From the NCBI GenBank assembly GCA_041744275.1, contig JBGTLD010000013.1:16470-80469 (forward strand): a stretch of 64,000 nucleotides of DNA. Reading direction: 5' to 3'. Position 1 is the stretch's first letter. Every line of letters begins with the position of its first letter. The notes beneath the pieces are model-generated. The model did no database searches, was not told the DNA's origin, and worked only from the letters and a program-made list of their open reading frames with translations. The DNA is from Candidatus Saccharimonadales bacterium (GTDB lineage: Bacteria > Patescibacteriota > Saccharimonadia > Saccharimonadales > JBGTLD01). Shown piece after piece: positions 18,745-29,793 of this stretch. A program made the translations under genes and the position numbers.

Positions 18745-20667
18745 ATGATTCTCGCATCATCAGAAGTGAGAGTGGCGCAAATAGTAGACACAGCACATTA
18801 TGACGTAATTCAAAAACTACTTAACGCTTATGATTTATTGATTTATACTGTCATATATATGCGTATTTCAGATTCATTGGTGGAGAAGCTGCTAAACGAT
18901 GCAGACAGGGTAACTCCTGAGCAACTTGCACGGCTACATGAGCAAGAAACCGCCGAGAAAAAGCCGTTACAAGACCTTGTGATCCAGGGTGGCTTGGTTA
19001 CCGAGAAAGATCTGACGAAATTTTATGCCGAAGAAATTGATGTTCCGTATGTCGATATAAATCCAAAAGAAATACAACGTGAAATTTTAAAACTTATCCC
19101 AGAACGCATTGCGCGACAGTACCGGGTTGTACTGTTTGGCGTTGAAGAAGACGGCACCAAGTTACTTGCTATGGAAGACCCGGACGACATCCAAGCTGTT
19201 AACTTTTTACAAAAACAGCTCGGTACAAGCCTGAAAGTTCATGTGAGTACAGGCAGTAGCATTATGGCATCACTTGAGCAGTACCGGGGAAACATTGGGA
19301 GCGAGCTCACAAAGGTTGTCTCAGATGAAGCTGAAGAAGAAATCGAAGAAGAAGTAAGTGATGAAGATCTTGCAGAAGATTCGCCAATCGCCCAGACAGT
19401 AAATCTTATTATTGAGTACGCCATACGATCAAGCGCCAGTGACATCCATATTGAACCAAGAGAAAACCATGTAATTGTGCGATATCGTGTCGACGGTGTA
19501 CTCAGAGAAGCCAACAAGCTTCCAAAGAAAGTACATGGCGCACTCGTGTCTCGTATCAAGATCTTGTCAAACCTAAAAATCGATGAAAGACGCGCACCAC
19601 AAGACGGTCGTTTCAAGATACAGGTCGGAAGTGGGTTGTTTGCACTCCGCGTATCGACGCTGCCAATTACTGAAGGCGAGAAGGTCGTTATGCGTATTTT
19701 AGACGAAACAACCAGAGCCGCGACATTAGAAGAACTTGGCTATTGGGGTAAATCACTCGCAGTTGTAAACGAAGCTATAAAGCAACCGCATGGCATGGTG
19801 CTCGTAACTGGTCCGACTGGTTCAGGTAAATCAACGAGTTTATTTAGTACACTCAGCTTACTGAACAAGCCAACTGTGAACATTTCTACAATTGAAGATC
19901 CCGTTGAGTATAAAATTCCAGGTGCAAACCAAACGCAGGTTAATCCTAAAGCAGGTATGACCTTTGCTGCAGGACTCCGGGCGCTTTTGCGTCAAGACCC
20001 AAATATCATTATGGTTGGTGAGATTCGCGACTCAGAAACTGCAGGGCTTGGTGTGCAAGCAGCGTTGACTGGTCACCTCGTGTTTGCAACGCTCCACACA
20101 AACAACGCTGCAACCTGCTTGCCTCGACTTCTCGATATGGGTATTGAACCATTTTTGATTGCTAGTACCGTTCGTGTCGTCGTGGGTCAGCGACTCGTAC
20201 GACGTCTTTGCGTAGATTGCCGCGAAGAAGAAGTGCCCGACACAGCGACTATAAAGCAGATCTCCGATGCATTTCATATAGACAACCCAGCTGTTATGAA
20301 GCACGTTCATCTTATCGAACAGGAGGCACTTGACGGTGGTATTGGGAAAGCGAACGCAGGCAAAGGAAAGGTTGATACAGAAAAACTATCAACAACAGAA
20401 ACGAAGATTACGCGCATTTTCAAAGTTCATGAAGGTGGCTGTGACAGTTGCAACCACATAGGCTACAAAGGTCGAATGGGTATTTATGAGGCCCTCGATA
20501 ACTCGTCGGATGTACAAAAACTCATTGTAGGCAACGCAACAAGCGATCAAATTCAGGAACAATCTATAAAAGATGGCATGATAACCATGCAGGTCGATGG
20601 CTTTATTAAAGCACTTCGTGGACAAACAACAATCGAAGAAATACTTCGTGTGACTTCAGAAAAATAA
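18745..20667 (+). CDS. pilB: type IV pilus assembly ATPase PilB (GspE family)
   Basis: N-terminal GSPII domains, Walker A GPTGSGKST, Asp/His boxes, C-terminal tetracysteine (CDSCNHIGYKGR). Confidence 0.9.
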   Translation: MILASSEVRVAQIVDTAHYDVIQKLLNAYDLLIYTVIYMRISDSLVEKLLNDADRVTPEQLARLHEQETAEKKPLQDLVIQGGLVTEKDLTKFYAEEIDVPYVDINPKEIQREILKLIPERIARQYRVVLFGVEEDGTKLLAMEDPDDIQAVNFLQKQLGTSLKVHVSTGSSIMASLEQYRGNIGSELTKVVSDEAEEEIEEEVSDEDLAEDSPIAQTVNLIIEYAIRSSASDIHIEPRENHVIVRYRVDGVLREANKLPKKVHGALVSRIKILSNLKIDERRAPQDGRFKIQVGSGLFALRVSTLPITEGEKVVMRILDETTRAATLEELGYWGKSLAVVNEAIKQPHGMVLVTGPTGSGKSTSLFSTLSLLNKPTVNISTIEDPVEYKIPGANQTQVNPKAGMTFAAGLRALLRQDPNIIMVGEIRDSETAGLGVQAALTGHLVFATLHTNNAATCLPRLLDMGIEPFLIASTVRVVVGQRLVRRLCVDCREEEVPDTATIKQISDAFHIDNPAVMKHVHLIEQEALDGGIGKANAGKGKVDTEKLSTTETKITRIFKVHEGGCDSCNHIGYKGRMGIYEALDNSSDVQKLIVGNATSDQIQEQSIKDGMITMQVDGFIKALRGQTTIEEILRVTSEK

Positions 20668-20675
20668 GGAATTAT

Positions 20676-21887
20676 ATGAAATTTGCGTACACTGCAGTCA
20701 CAAAAGACGGGAAAACAGTTCAAGGAACAGCAGATGCGAGTAGTCGTGAAGGTTTAGTGAGCTTGCTAAGCGGTCAAGGGCTTCGGCCGGTTGTCATTAA
20801 AGAGGGCAAAACTACCACTAAAAATAAAGGTGGTGGCAAAAAGGTAAAGAACCGTGACCTCGTAATATTTACTCGTCAACTCTCAACGATGATCTCAGCT
20901 GGAGTCCCGCTAACGCGCGCAATGAACACACTTCAAGAGCAGACAGAAAGTAAGAACTTCAAAGAAGCGCTTACTATGATCATGAAAGAGATCGAAGGTG
21001 GTCAACCGCTTGGTGATACGCTTGCCAAGCACCCAAGGATCTTTTCGGATGTATACGTAAACATGGTACGTGCTGGTGAAGCCGGCGGTATCCTGGATGA
21101 CATCCTTAAGCGTCTAGCTTCTCAAGTAGAACAAGATTCAAGTATCAAAAAGAAGATTAAGAGCGCTATGACATACCCAGTAGTGCTGATTGGCATTACG
21201 GTTCTTGCCTTCTTTGGTATTATGTTTTTCGTTATTCCCCAGCTTGGTGCAATTCTTGTTGATTTAGGTGGACCAGATGCAGAACTACCTATTTACACAC
21301 AAGTACTATTAGACCTGAGTTCATTTATGAAAAGTAATGCAATTTTAATTTTTGCGGTAATTGGCGCATCGGTATTTTTTGGCAAACGATACATCAAGAC
21401 ACCAAAAGGTAAATATCAATTTCACTCACTGTTGCTGCGAATTCCTCTTATTAAAACGGTTGTAACGAAGATAGCAATTGCCCGATTTTCACGAACATTC
21501 GCATCGCTCATGTCAGCCGGTGTAGGTGTCCTCGATGCACTTGAAGTTACTGGCGCTGCAATTGGCAATAAAGTTATTGAAGCTGAGCTAAAAGAGGCAG
21601 CAAGAGCCATTAAAAACGGCAAGCAACTCAGCGAACCACTTTCCACGAGTAAGCACTTTCCACCAATTGTTGCACAAATGCTTGCGATTGGTGAAGAGAC
21701 TGGTCAAATCGACACGATTCTCATTAAGGTAGCCGACTTCTACGAAGAAGAGGTTGGAAACACCATCGAAAGCCTCAGCTCTATAATTGAACCGATTATG
21801 ATTGTCTTCTTGGGAGGCATGGTGGGGATTATAGCCGCAAGTGTAATGGGCCCTATTGCGAGTCTCAGCCAAAACGTTGGCGGCTAG
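20676..21887 (+). CDS. pilC: type IV pilus platform protein PilC (GspF family)
   Basis: Two GspF repeats with 3 TM segments. Confidence 0.9.
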   Translation: MKFAYTAVTKDGKTVQGTADASSREGLVSLLSGQGLRPVVIKEGKTTTKNKGGGKKVKNRDLVIFTRQLSTMISAGVPLTRAMNTLQEQTESKNFKEALTMIMKEIEGGQPLGDTLAKHPRIFSDVYVNMVRAGEAGGILDDILKRLASQVEQDSSIKKKIKSAMTYPVVLIGITVLAFFGIMFFVIPQLGAILVDLGGPDAELPIYTQVLLDLSSFMKSNAILIFAVIGASVFFGKRYIKTPKGKYQFHSLLLRIPLIKTVVTKIAIARFSRTFASLMSAGVGVLDALEVTGAAIGNKVIEAELKEAARAIKNGKQLSEPLSTSKHFPPIVAQMLAIGEETGQIDTILIKVADFYEEEVGNTIESLSSIIEPIMIVFLGGMVGIIAASVMGPIASLSQNVGG

Positions 21888-22011
21888 AATTCAATCGTGA
21901 AATAATGCTTGGAAATAACCTTGCTTATGGTTATAATCATCGCTAGATACTTGCACTCATGCGGGATCAATAATGTAATCAAAACTTTTTAGAAAGGGTG
22001 GGTCCTACAAA

Positions 22012-22482
22012 ATGACTCTACAACGCAAACAACAAGGTTTCACAATCGTGGAGCTTTTGATTGTCATCGTCGTGATTGGTATATTGGCACTATTAGTTGT
22101 CACAACTTTCACAGGAATTCAACAACGAGCACGTAACACAGAGCGAGAGACTGACATTAAGTCACTCCACAGTCAGCTTGAGGCTTTCTATGCACAAGAG
22201 GGTTACTACCCTGACTTAGCAAACCTTAACAACGACACGTGGCGAACGACAAACCTTCGTGGTATCGACACAGAAGCTTTTAGAGATCCAGGTGCTAGTG
22301 ATGCAGTTGGAACTACTCTCGCAGCGACAAACACTGGTCTAGATAAGCAGTACGCATACGTGCCAGCCGAGTGTGACGGCGCAGAGTGTCAAGAATACAC
22401 ACTCTATGCTGCACCAGAAGGTAGCACTGAGCAACTTGAACGACCAAGCTTAAATTCAGTTCCTCCTGCAACGACACCGTAG
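22012..22482 (+). CDS. pilA: type IV major pilin
   Basis: Class III signal QQGFTIVELLIVIVVIGILA. Own strong terminator downstream. Confidence 0.85.
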   Translation: MTLQRKQQGFTIVELLIVIVVIGILALLVVTTFTGIQQRARNTERETDIKSLHSQLEAFYAQEGYYPDLANLNNDTWRTTNLRGIDTEAFRDPGASDAVGTTLAATNTGLDKQYAYVPAECDGAECQEYTLYAAPEGSTEQLERPSLNSVPPATTP

Positions 22483-22501
22483 CTTCCCCTCTCTCCACAA
22501 T

Positions 22502-22536
22502 AAAACCCGGAAATATATCCGGGTTTTATTATTTTA
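22502..22536 (+). terminator. Rho-independent terminator after pilA
   Basis: ACCCGGA-aatatat-TCCGGGT hairpin followed by TTTTATTATTTT. Confidence 0.7.
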
Positions 22537-22560
22537 TGGGTATAATGGAGCGTAAGCGTT

Positions 22561-22965
22561 ATGTATAGAAAAAGAAGCATTAAAGACGAAGGGTTCACAG
22601 TTGTTGAACTGATAGTCACTATAGTAGTTTGTGCAATTTTAGTTATTGCAGTAAACAGCGTTGTTGTGTCGCATGTGTTTATTGTTCAAAAGGGTCGCGA
22701 CGCCGCAATTAGTAATGCCTTTTCGGAAGCAAAAATTGAGTCACTCAGAAGTGGTGGCTACCTGTCGCTCAATAACGGCACCGTAAACATTACCAGCGAA
22801 CTACCAGACGAATTATCCGCGCCACGATCAGCAAACCTCGCTATATCCGACCATAGTCCAGGAATGAAACAGATAAACCTTGTGATTACGTACAACGAAC
22901 AAGGCACAGCCAGGACTTCGACATACCAAACACTGATTGGAGAACTCGGTGCTGGCCAAAACTAA
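22561..22965 (+). CDS. minor pilin / pseudopilin
   Basis: EGFTVVELIVTIVV prepilin motif. Confidence 0.6.
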   Translation: MYRKRSIKDEGFTVVELIVTIVVCAILVIAVNSVVVSHVFIVQKGRDAAISNAFSEAKIESLRSGGYLSLNNGTVNITSELPDELSAPRSANLAISDHSPGMKQINLVITYNEQGTARTSTYQTLIGELGAGQN

Positions 22966-23629
22966 TAACTCTGAAAAAGGCTTCACAGTAACCGAGCTTA
23001 TTGTTTCAATTACACTGATTGGTATTATTTCGGTGGTTGTACTAACTGTAGTTTCAAACTATCTCGTTATCATTACTCGTAACAATTTTATGGTAGATAT
23101 GACCGTATCATCACAAAACCTCCTACGAACAACCGTAGAGGAGCTGAGATACGGTGCAGGCGTACAGAGTACAAATACGATTGATGACCCGAACGCCGAT
23201 GAACCAGCTGGTGGTTGGAATACCAGTAATGAGGCTGTTGTTGTTATCATTGCCCAGCCGGCAACTGACATAAGCCGTGACTATATTATTGATAATCTCA
23301 CAGGTCAGCCGTACGTAAATGAGCTTGTATACTATAAACGGGACAGCATATTATACAGACGTACTCTCGCTAATCCGCTTGCATCCGGTAATAGAGCAGT
23401 TACCACCTGTACCCCGTCCACAGCTACGGCCACATGCCCGGCAGATAGAATTTTGAATGAAAACCTTGAATCAATGGTTTTTACGCTATTTAATCAGGAT
23501 AATGCTATTACAACAGATCCGTCAGCCGCTCGGGCTTTAACAATTAACCTCGAGCTTCGTAAGCAAACATTTGGAGACCCACTAACGCTCACTAATTCGA
23601 TAACCGTTGCCTTTAGGAATCGCTTCTAA
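22937..23629 (+). CDS. minor pilin (PilW-like)
   Basis: KGFTVTELIVSITLIGI prepilin motif, 230 aa. Confidence 0.55.
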   Translation: MENSVLAKTNNSEKGFTVTELIVSITLIGIISVVVLTVVSNYLVIITRNNFMVDMTVSSQNLLRTTVEELRYGAGVQSTNTIDDPNADEPAGGWNTSNEAVVVIIAQPATDISRDYIIDNLTGQPYVNELVYYKRDSILYRRTLANPLASGNRAVTTCTPSTATATCPADRILNENLESMVFTLFNQDNAITTDPSAARALTINLELRKQTFGDPLTLTNSITVAFRNRF

Positions 23630-25008
23630 TGAAATATAATCTGAGAACAAACACAGATGGATCCGCCCTATTAACAGTCATTATAGTGCTACCGATACTT
23701 ATTACTATCACACTATCGTACATGAGCCTTTCGGTGACCAGTCTGCGGCTTGCAGTCTTTGACAAAATGCGCACCCATGCACAATTTGCGGTGGATGCCG
23801 GCGTAGATATTGCGGCACAAGAAATCAACAACGACCCTTCTTGGGCTGGGTCTCAAGATGAATTTGGAACTTTAGGCGAAATAGAAGTTATGAATCAAGA
23901 TAATGTCCGCACTACCTATGAATCTGTTGTGACAAATATCAACGACAATCGCAAGTTAGTAACTGTCGTGGGCCGAACATACAACCCGAGCGTCGATACG
24001 ACACCTACAACTTCAATAACAATTAATGCAGAGCTGCGAGCGGTACGTGCTGGAGACTTCAGTATCGTAACTGGAGTAGGTGGGTTGTTTCTCAGTAATA
24101 GCGCCAGAATATTAGGTGGAGATGTGCTCGTAAATGGTGTGATCGAAATGTCTAACACTGCTCAGATTGGGCTAAGCAACAATCCCGTAGAAGTTAATGT
24201 GGCTCATCAAAACTGTCCGAACCCCCCAGACGCCACGTATCCACGACTGTGTGGCAGTGGTGAGAATGGTCAACCAATTTCCATAAGTAACAGCGCGTTT
24301 ATTTATGGTAATGTGCGAGCGAACAACCAAACAAATACAAATGGCATTAGTAATCTAGTCGCGAGTTCCGGTGTGACACCTCAGCTACTACCAGGGCATG
24401 ATCGTGCTGCTCAAACAAGCGCAGTTACCACTACAAGAACAGGTTCCAGCGCTTCCTGTACATCCGTTAACGGCACAAGAACGTGGGCAGCGAATACGCG
24501 CATAACAGGAAATGTAGAAATAGATAAAAACTGTAGAATCACCATTATGGGCGATGTTTGGATTGAAGGTAATCTTACGCTCGGTAACTCTGGGCAAATT
24601 ATTGTCAGTGATAGCTTAGGAGCTACACGTCCAAACATCATGGTAGATGGCAAAGATACAAAACTGCGCAATACATCACAAATTACGAGCAACAACGTTT
24701 CTACCGGAGTTCAAGTTATTAGTTACTGGAGTAGTTCTGCGTGTTCACCAAACTGCAGCAACGTCACAGGAGTAGATCTATTCAATTCTAGTGACGAAAT
24801 AACAATTGAGCTCGATAACTCCGCGGCGGGGCCAAATTCAATATTTTACTCCAAATGGTCACGGGTATTGATATCCAATAGTGGCCAGATCGGAGCCCTT
24901 ATAGGGCAAACTGTCGAACTCAGGAATAACTCTGCAATCACATTTGGCACATCGGTGGGCGTCGGTGATACGTTTTGGGTTTTAGATGGCTACCGAAGGA
25001 GCTTTTAG
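23629..25008 (+). CDS. PilX-N-domain pilus-associated large protein (beta-helix-like body; candidate tip or adhesin subunit)
   Basis: N-terminus GSALLTVIIVLPILITITL (PilX_N-like), then an N/T/G-rich repetitive body. Confidence 0.5.
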   Translation: MKYNLRTNTDGSALLTVIIVLPILITITLSYMSLSVTSLRLAVFDKMRTHAQFAVDAGVDIAAQEINNDPSWAGSQDEFGTLGEIEVMNQDNVRTTYESVVTNINDNRKLVTVVGRTYNPSVDTTPTTSITINAELRAVRAGDFSIVTGVGGLFLSNSARILGGDVLVNGVIEMSNTAQIGLSNNPVEVNVAHQNCPNPPDATYPRLCGSGENGQPISISNSAFIYGNVRANNQTNTNGISNLVASSGVTPQLLPGHDRAAQTSAVTTTRTGSSASCTSVNGTRTWAANTRITGNVEIDKNCRITIMGDVWIEGNLTLGNSGQIIVSDSLGATRPNIMVDGKDTKLRNTSQITSNNVSTGVQVISYWSSSACSPNCSNVTGVDLFNSSDEITIELDNSAAGPNSIFYSKWSRVLISNSGQIGALIGQTVELRNNSAITFGTSVGVGDTFWVLDGYRRSF

Positions 25009-25061
25009 GTGTACAAAATCAGCCGTAACGGGTATAGTATTGACTAGTTAACCCCTTATGC

Positions 25062-26144
25062 TTGGATGGGCAAGCAGAACTCATGAATACGACACTTTTC
25101 TATCACGACAAACCACTTTTTGGCCTCGACATCGGATTTAGCAGCATTAAAGTTATGCAAATCCATGCACTTGAAAAAAAATACATTGTATCTGGTTATG
25201 GTGTTGCTGCTTTTGATTCAGAAATAATCAAAGATGGAGTACTAGAAGATCCTGTAGCACTTGCAAAAGTGTCTAAAGAACTTTTTGAAAGCAAGCTCAT
25301 TGGTGACATAACGAGCCGAAGAGTTGCCATTGCAGTACCTGCCAGTCGAACATTTAACCGGACCATCGTGCTGCCAAAATTAAAGGTAAACGACTTATCA
25401 GAAGCTGTACGGCTTGAAGCAGAACAATACATTCCAATGCCACTTGATGATTTGTACATGGACTACGAAGTTATATCCGAAGCAAACGATTCGACAGAAG
25501 TGTTGGCTGTTGCAGTACCGAAAAAAATTATAGATTCATATCACAAACTCACAGAACTCTTAGGGCTTGAGGTGGTCAGTTTTGAAACGACTATTAGCTC
25601 TGCTGGTAGGCTTTTTCTGCAAGCAGAACAAAGCGACATACCAACGGTACTTATTGACCTTGGATCCCTTTCTAGTGATATTACGATTTATGATAAAGGT
25701 CTTGTCGTAACTGGCACAGTCCCAAGCGGTGGCGATAACTTCAGTTCATTGATCTCAGAATCGTTAGGAGTTACAAAACAAGAAGCACATATTATCAAAA
25801 CCAAGTACGGCCTTGGTGTAAGCAAAAAGCAAAAAGAAATAACTGATTGTTTAAGCCCCATACTGTTACAGCTCGTAAAAGAGATCAAGCGCATGATTCG
25901 TTACTACGAGGAACGCTCGGGCACCGAGAAAAAAATTGGCCAGATTGTCACCATGGGTGGTGGCGCAAATATGCCCGGGTTGTCCGAATACATGACAAAC
26001 TCACTGCGTATCCCCGTGCGAATGTGTGACCCGTGGCAGCACCTAGACTTTAAGGGACTACAACCGCCAAACACAATTGAGAAATCAATGTATGTCACCG
26101 TTGCAGGACTCGCACTTGCCCAACCGAAAGAGATATTCGTATGA
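25062..26144 (+). CDS. pilM: type IV pilus assembly protein PilM
   Basis: Actin-like ATPase fold motif LFGLDIGFSSIKVMQI...TMGGGANMPGL. Confidence 0.85.
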   Translation: MDGQAELMNTTLFYHDKPLFGLDIGFSSIKVMQIHALEKKYIVSGYGVAAFDSEIIKDGVLEDPVALAKVSKELFESKLIGDITSRRVAIAVPASRTFNRTIVLPKLKVNDLSEAVRLEAEQYIPMPLDDLYMDYEVISEANDSTEVLAVAVPKKIIDSYHKLTELLGLEVVSFETTISSAGRLFLQAEQSDIPTVLIDLGSLSSDITIYDKGLVVTGTVPSGGDNFSSLISESLGVTKQEAHIIKTKYGLGVSKKQKEITDCLSPILLQLVKEIKRMIRYYEERSGTEKKIGQIVTMGGGANMPGLSEYMTNSLRIPVRMCDPWQHLDFKGLQPPNTIEKSMYVTVAGLALAQPKEIFV

Positions 26145-26731
26145 TAAATCTACTATCACCCGATATTAAGTCCTCTCTGCTGTATGCCCGGCGTAATGTA
26201 GTGATCAGAAAAGTACTCTTTGGTTTTATTTGTGGTGTTATCGGTATTGTTGCAATAATACTATTCGGCTCAATGTATTTAAACCGAGAAATTAGTCGCA
26301 CGTCGGCTCAAATCGAACAAACAAAAACACTATTGGCAGAACAAAAACTAGAAGAGACACAGGAGCGAGTATCGTCGATAAGTGATAGTTTGAAGCTTGT
26401 CGTAGAAGTACTTTCACAGCAAATAGTGTTCTCGCGTATGATCAGACAAGTCGGAGCGGTCACACCCGAAGGTGCAGTACTCTCAAACCTTACCATCAGC
26501 ACTATCACTGGTGGCATTGACTTAACATTTGAAACAGCAGACCAACAAACTGGTACGCAAGTACTCTTAAACATTCAAGACCCTGCCAATGAACTATTCG
26601 CACAAGCAGATATAGAAAAAATCAGTTGTAATAACGTCGCATTGAATACCATCTACCCATGTAGCGTCACAATTCGTGCGCTCTTTGGTGACAATAGCCC
26701 CTACCTGTTGATTAGCAAGGAGCAAAATTAA
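26141..26731 (+). CDS. pilN: PilN-like bitopic protein
   Basis: N-terminal TM plus coiled coil. Start overlaps the pilM stop. Confidence 0.55.
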   Translation: MINLLSPDIKSSLLYARRNVVIRKVLFGFICGVIGIVAIILFGSMYLNREISRTSAQIEQTKTLLAEQKLEETQERVSSISDSLKLVVEVLSQQIVFSRMIRQVGAVTPEGAVLSNLTISTITGGIDLTFETADQQTGTQVLLNIQDPANELFAQADIEKISCNNVALNTIYPCSVTIRALFGDNSPYLLISKEQN

Positions 26732-27343
26732 ATGACAAGTAAGAAACTATTCTATGTAATGATAGGTTTGGTTGCTTTAGTTTCAATATTAGGAGCCGGC
26801 TCAATAATTCTTGGTGACAATCACCTTGCATCAAAATCATCACGGCTTAAGGAGTTGCGAACAGAGAGTGAAGCTCTCGATCAACAACAACTATTACTGA
26901 TTAACGCCAAGCGTGACCTTGCAGAATTTGATGAACTAGAAATGGTATCGAAAAGCATTGTTCCGCAAGATAAAGATCAAGCTAAAACAATCCGAGAATT
27001 ACTGGCAATTGCCTCCGAAGCTGAAATTCCTATTGAAGCAATCTCCTTCCCTGACTCAAGCCTTGGAGAAGTAACAAGAAGAGGCTCGGGCGACCAATCC
27101 AGTCGACAACAAGCTAGCATAACACAAGCGACACCCGTAGAGGGCGTAACAGGCTTATTTGTAATTACTATCAACCTCAGTGTCGGGCAAACTGTGACTT
27201 ATGATCAACTCATAAACTTCCTCGAGAAACTTGAACAAAATCGTCGTACCGCACAAGTAGCATCACTCTCAATCGACCCCGACTCAAACGATAGAAACCT
27301 TGTTACCTTCAATGTATCAATTAATGTATATGTAAAGCCGTAA
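26732..27343 (+). CDS. pilO: PilO-like bitopic protein
   Basis: N-terminal TM plus coiled coil. Sits where pilO is expected in the cluster. Confidence 0.5.
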   Translation: MTSKKLFYVMIGLVALVSILGAGSIILGDNHLASKSSRLKELRTESEALDQQQLLLINAKRDLAEFDELEMVSKSIVPQDKDQAKTIRELLAIASEAEIPIEAISFPDSSLGEVTRRGSGDQSSRQQASITQATPVEGVTGLFVITINLSVGQTVTYDQLINFLEKLEQNRRTAQVASLSIDPDSNDRNLVTFNVSINVYVKP

Positions 27344-27345
27344 TT

Positions 27346-27651
27346 ATGAATCTAGACATAAAAGACATCAGCAAAATAAGCCAACCGCTTCTACACTTCC
27401 TAAAGCGCTTTGGAATCACACTCACTCTACTATTATTTTTAGCTGTGTATGCGTTTTTAGTAATCAGGGTTAACAGTTTTGCAAATGTTGAACCAGCAGA
27501 CGATGAGGTGCAAGCTAAGGTTAATACAATTGCGCGGCCGCGAATAGACAGAGGTATTATTGATACTGTTACTGATTTTGAACAACGAAACATTGAGACT
27601 CAAACATTATTCCAACAAGCACGAAACAACCCTTTTGCTGAATCGGAGTAA
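27346..27651 (+). CDS. small TM protein at the end of the pilus cluster
   Basis: One TM segment. Could be a PilP-like analogue. Confidence 0.3.
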   Translation: MNLDIKDISKISQPLLHFLKRFGITLTLLLFLAVYAFLVIRVNSFANVEPADDEVQAKVNTIARPRIDRGIIDTVTDFEQRNIETQTLFQQARNNPFAESE

Positions 27652-27672
27652 ACCCCTGCAACCTCTAAGTGT

Positions 27673-28704
27673 CTAATCGATAATGGATGTTTGGTTTTTT
27701 GGTGACTGTATTCCTAGATGGGTGTAGGCTTTTGCGGTTGCTTTTCTACCCCGAGGTGTACGCTCTAAAAGTCCAATCTGCATAAGATACGGCTCAAAAA
27801 AATCCTCAATGGTAGATCGCTCGTCACCCGTCAGCGCAGCAAGCGTATCAAGGCCAACCGGGCCGCCGTTATAATGTTCGATTATTTTTTCGAGTACTCT
27901 GCGGTCAGCAGGGTCTAGCCCAAGTTCATCTATCTCGAGTAACTTCAAGGCCCCGTGAGTTATGGTGCTATCTATGATACCGTCACCGTTTATATCGGCA
28001 AAATCACGAACTCGCTTTAGTAAACGATTGGCAATCCTCGGTGTAAGTCTTGCACGTGCTGCAAGGTGGCCGGCTGCAATTTTATCAATCTGCACGTTTA
28101 ATATCGCGGCAGCTCGAACAATTATTTCTGATATTTCGTCGGTATTATAAAATTCAAGTCTGTGTTGTATGCCAAACCTATCCCTCAACGGAGCCGCCAG
28201 TGAACCAGTCCGGGTAGTGGCACCAATAATCGTAAACTTCGGTAGATCGAGCCGTAAGCTGCGAGCACTCGGCCCCTTTCCAAGCATAATGTCGAGCTTA
28301 AAGTCTTCCATTGCACTGTACAGCACTTCCTCGACGCTTCGGTGGAGTCGATGTATTTCGTCGATAAACAATATGTCGCCGTTTTGTAAGTTAGTCAATA
28401 AACTCGCAAGATCACCTGCCCGCTCAATTGCTGGTCCGCTCGTGATACGGATATTCGCACCCATTTCATGTGCAATAACACTTGCCATGGTAGTCTTGCC
28501 AAGTCCAGGCGGCCCGTAAAGCAAGACATGGTCAATCGGCTCTTCTCTCTTTTTTGCAGCAGCGATAGCTAACTGCATATTGTTCTTTAAACGCTCTTGC
28601 CCTATGTAGCTCGCAAAATCTTTGGGTCGTAGCGTCACCTCAAGTTCAACTTCAACAGGATCGTCAACCGGAATACTAGGCTGGACTATACGTTCAATTG
28701 CCAT
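27673..28704 (-). CDS. ruvB: Holliday junction helicase RuvB
   Basis: GPPGLGKTT Walker A and RuvB AAA+ core. Confidence 0.95.
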   Translation of the reverse strand: MAIERIVQPSIPVDDPVEVELEVTLRPKDFASYIGQERLKNNMQLAIAAAKKREEPIDHVLLYGPPGLGKTTMASVIAHEMGANIRITSGPAIERAGDLASLLTNLQNGDILFIDEIHRLHRSVEEVLYSAMEDFKLDIMLGKGPSARSLRLDLPKFTIIGATTRTGSLAAPLRDRFGIQHRLEFYNTDEISEIIVRAAAILNVQIDKIAAGHLAARARLTPRIANRLLKRVRDFADINGDGIIDSTITHGALKLLEIDELGLDPADRRVLEKIIEHYNGGPVGLDTLAALTGDERSTIEDFFEPYLMQIGLLERTPRGRKATAKAYTHLGIQSPKNQTSIID

Positions 28705-29285
28705 TAGCGGACACCCCTCAGTGCTTGGGTAATTCTTTCTTCAAGAGGTAAACCTGTGTCAATTTTATCGAGCGCTGCTTGCGCATCGTATTCAGAATAA
28801 CCGAGCGCCATAAGTGCTTGCGCTGCTTCGTCGGCTTGGTTTATGCCCCCTCGGTTCACAATTCCCTCTGCAGTATCCGACGCAATAAGTCCCATTTTGT
28901 CTCGCAGCTCTACAACCATTTGTTCTGCCGCTCGCTTCCCTACTCCTTTTGCAGTCTGCAGCAGCTTCACGTCTCCACTCGCAATAGCTGTACGTACGAC
29001 ATCGGTTGAGCCAATTCCTAGCACTGCAAGCGCTACCTTTGGCCCAACATTTTTTACTTTAAGCAGTTGCTCAAATAGTTTTTTACCATCTATTGTTTTG
29101 AAGCCAAATAAATCATGCGCGTCTTCTTTGATATTTTCATAAATGTATAATTTTATGGGTGAATCTACAGCTGCCGTTTCGTGCTCTGATACAGATAACA
29201 ACACACCATACCCGACACCTTGTACATCAAGCACCACGCTATCGAGCGTCTTTTCAGCAACTATACCTTTTAACCAAGCAATCAT
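28704..29285 (-). CDS. ruvA: Holliday junction binding protein RuvA
   Basis: OB domain, HhH motifs ([22 protein letters not shown]), C-terminal domain III. Confidence 0.9.
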   Translation of the reverse strand: MIAWLKGIVAEKTLDSVVLDVQGVGYGVLLSVSEHETAAVDSPIKLYIYENIKEDAHDLFGFKTIDGKKLFEQLLKVKNVGPKVALAVLGIGSTDVVRTAIASGDVKLLQTAKGVGKRAAEQMVVELRDKMGLIASDTAEGIVNRGGINQADEAAQALMALGYSEYDAQAALDKIDTGLPLEERITQALRGVR

Positions 29286-29313
29286 GTCGTCATTATCTCA
29301 TATTCTGTGAGTT

Positions 29314-29793
29314 TCAGGCGTATCGAGCCGACATAGAATGACATATTGCAGCCGCCAGTGCATCAGCACTGTCATCTGGCTTAGGTACTTCTTGCAGACT
29401 GAGAAGCACACGAACCATTTCTTGGATTTGCTTTTTGTCGGCCTTACCATACCCCGTAATTGCCTGCTTAATCTGTAGTGGGGTGTATTCAAATAGCTCT
29501 AAATTGCTTTGTTTGCCACATAGTAATACGACCCCTCTCGCTTGCGCGACAGACATTGCAGTCGTAACGTTTTGAGCAAAAAATAGCTTCTCCACAGACA
29601 TTATTTGAGGCTTAAACTCATTGATAATGTCTGTTAACTCATCAAATATAGTGACCAGCCTATCGCTATCTGGCTGGTGAGGTGGCGTTTTGATGACACC
29701 TGCGTCAACCATAACCATCTTTGTATTCTGAGTTACATCTATAATCCCGAAACCCAATATGCCTGTTCCTGGGTCTATGCCAAGTATTCTCAT
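29314..29793 (-). CDS. ruvC: Holliday junction resolvase RuvC
   Basis: MRILGIDPGTG start and RNase H-like fold residues. Confidence 0.9.
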   Translation of the reverse strand: MRILGIDPGTGILGFGIIDVTQNTKMVMVDAGVIKTPPHQPDSDRLVTIFDELTDIINEFKPQIMSVEKLFFAQNVTTAMSVAQARGVVLLCGKQSNLELFEYTPLQIKQAITGYGKADKKQIQEMVRVLLSLQEVPKPDDSADALAAAICHSMSARYA

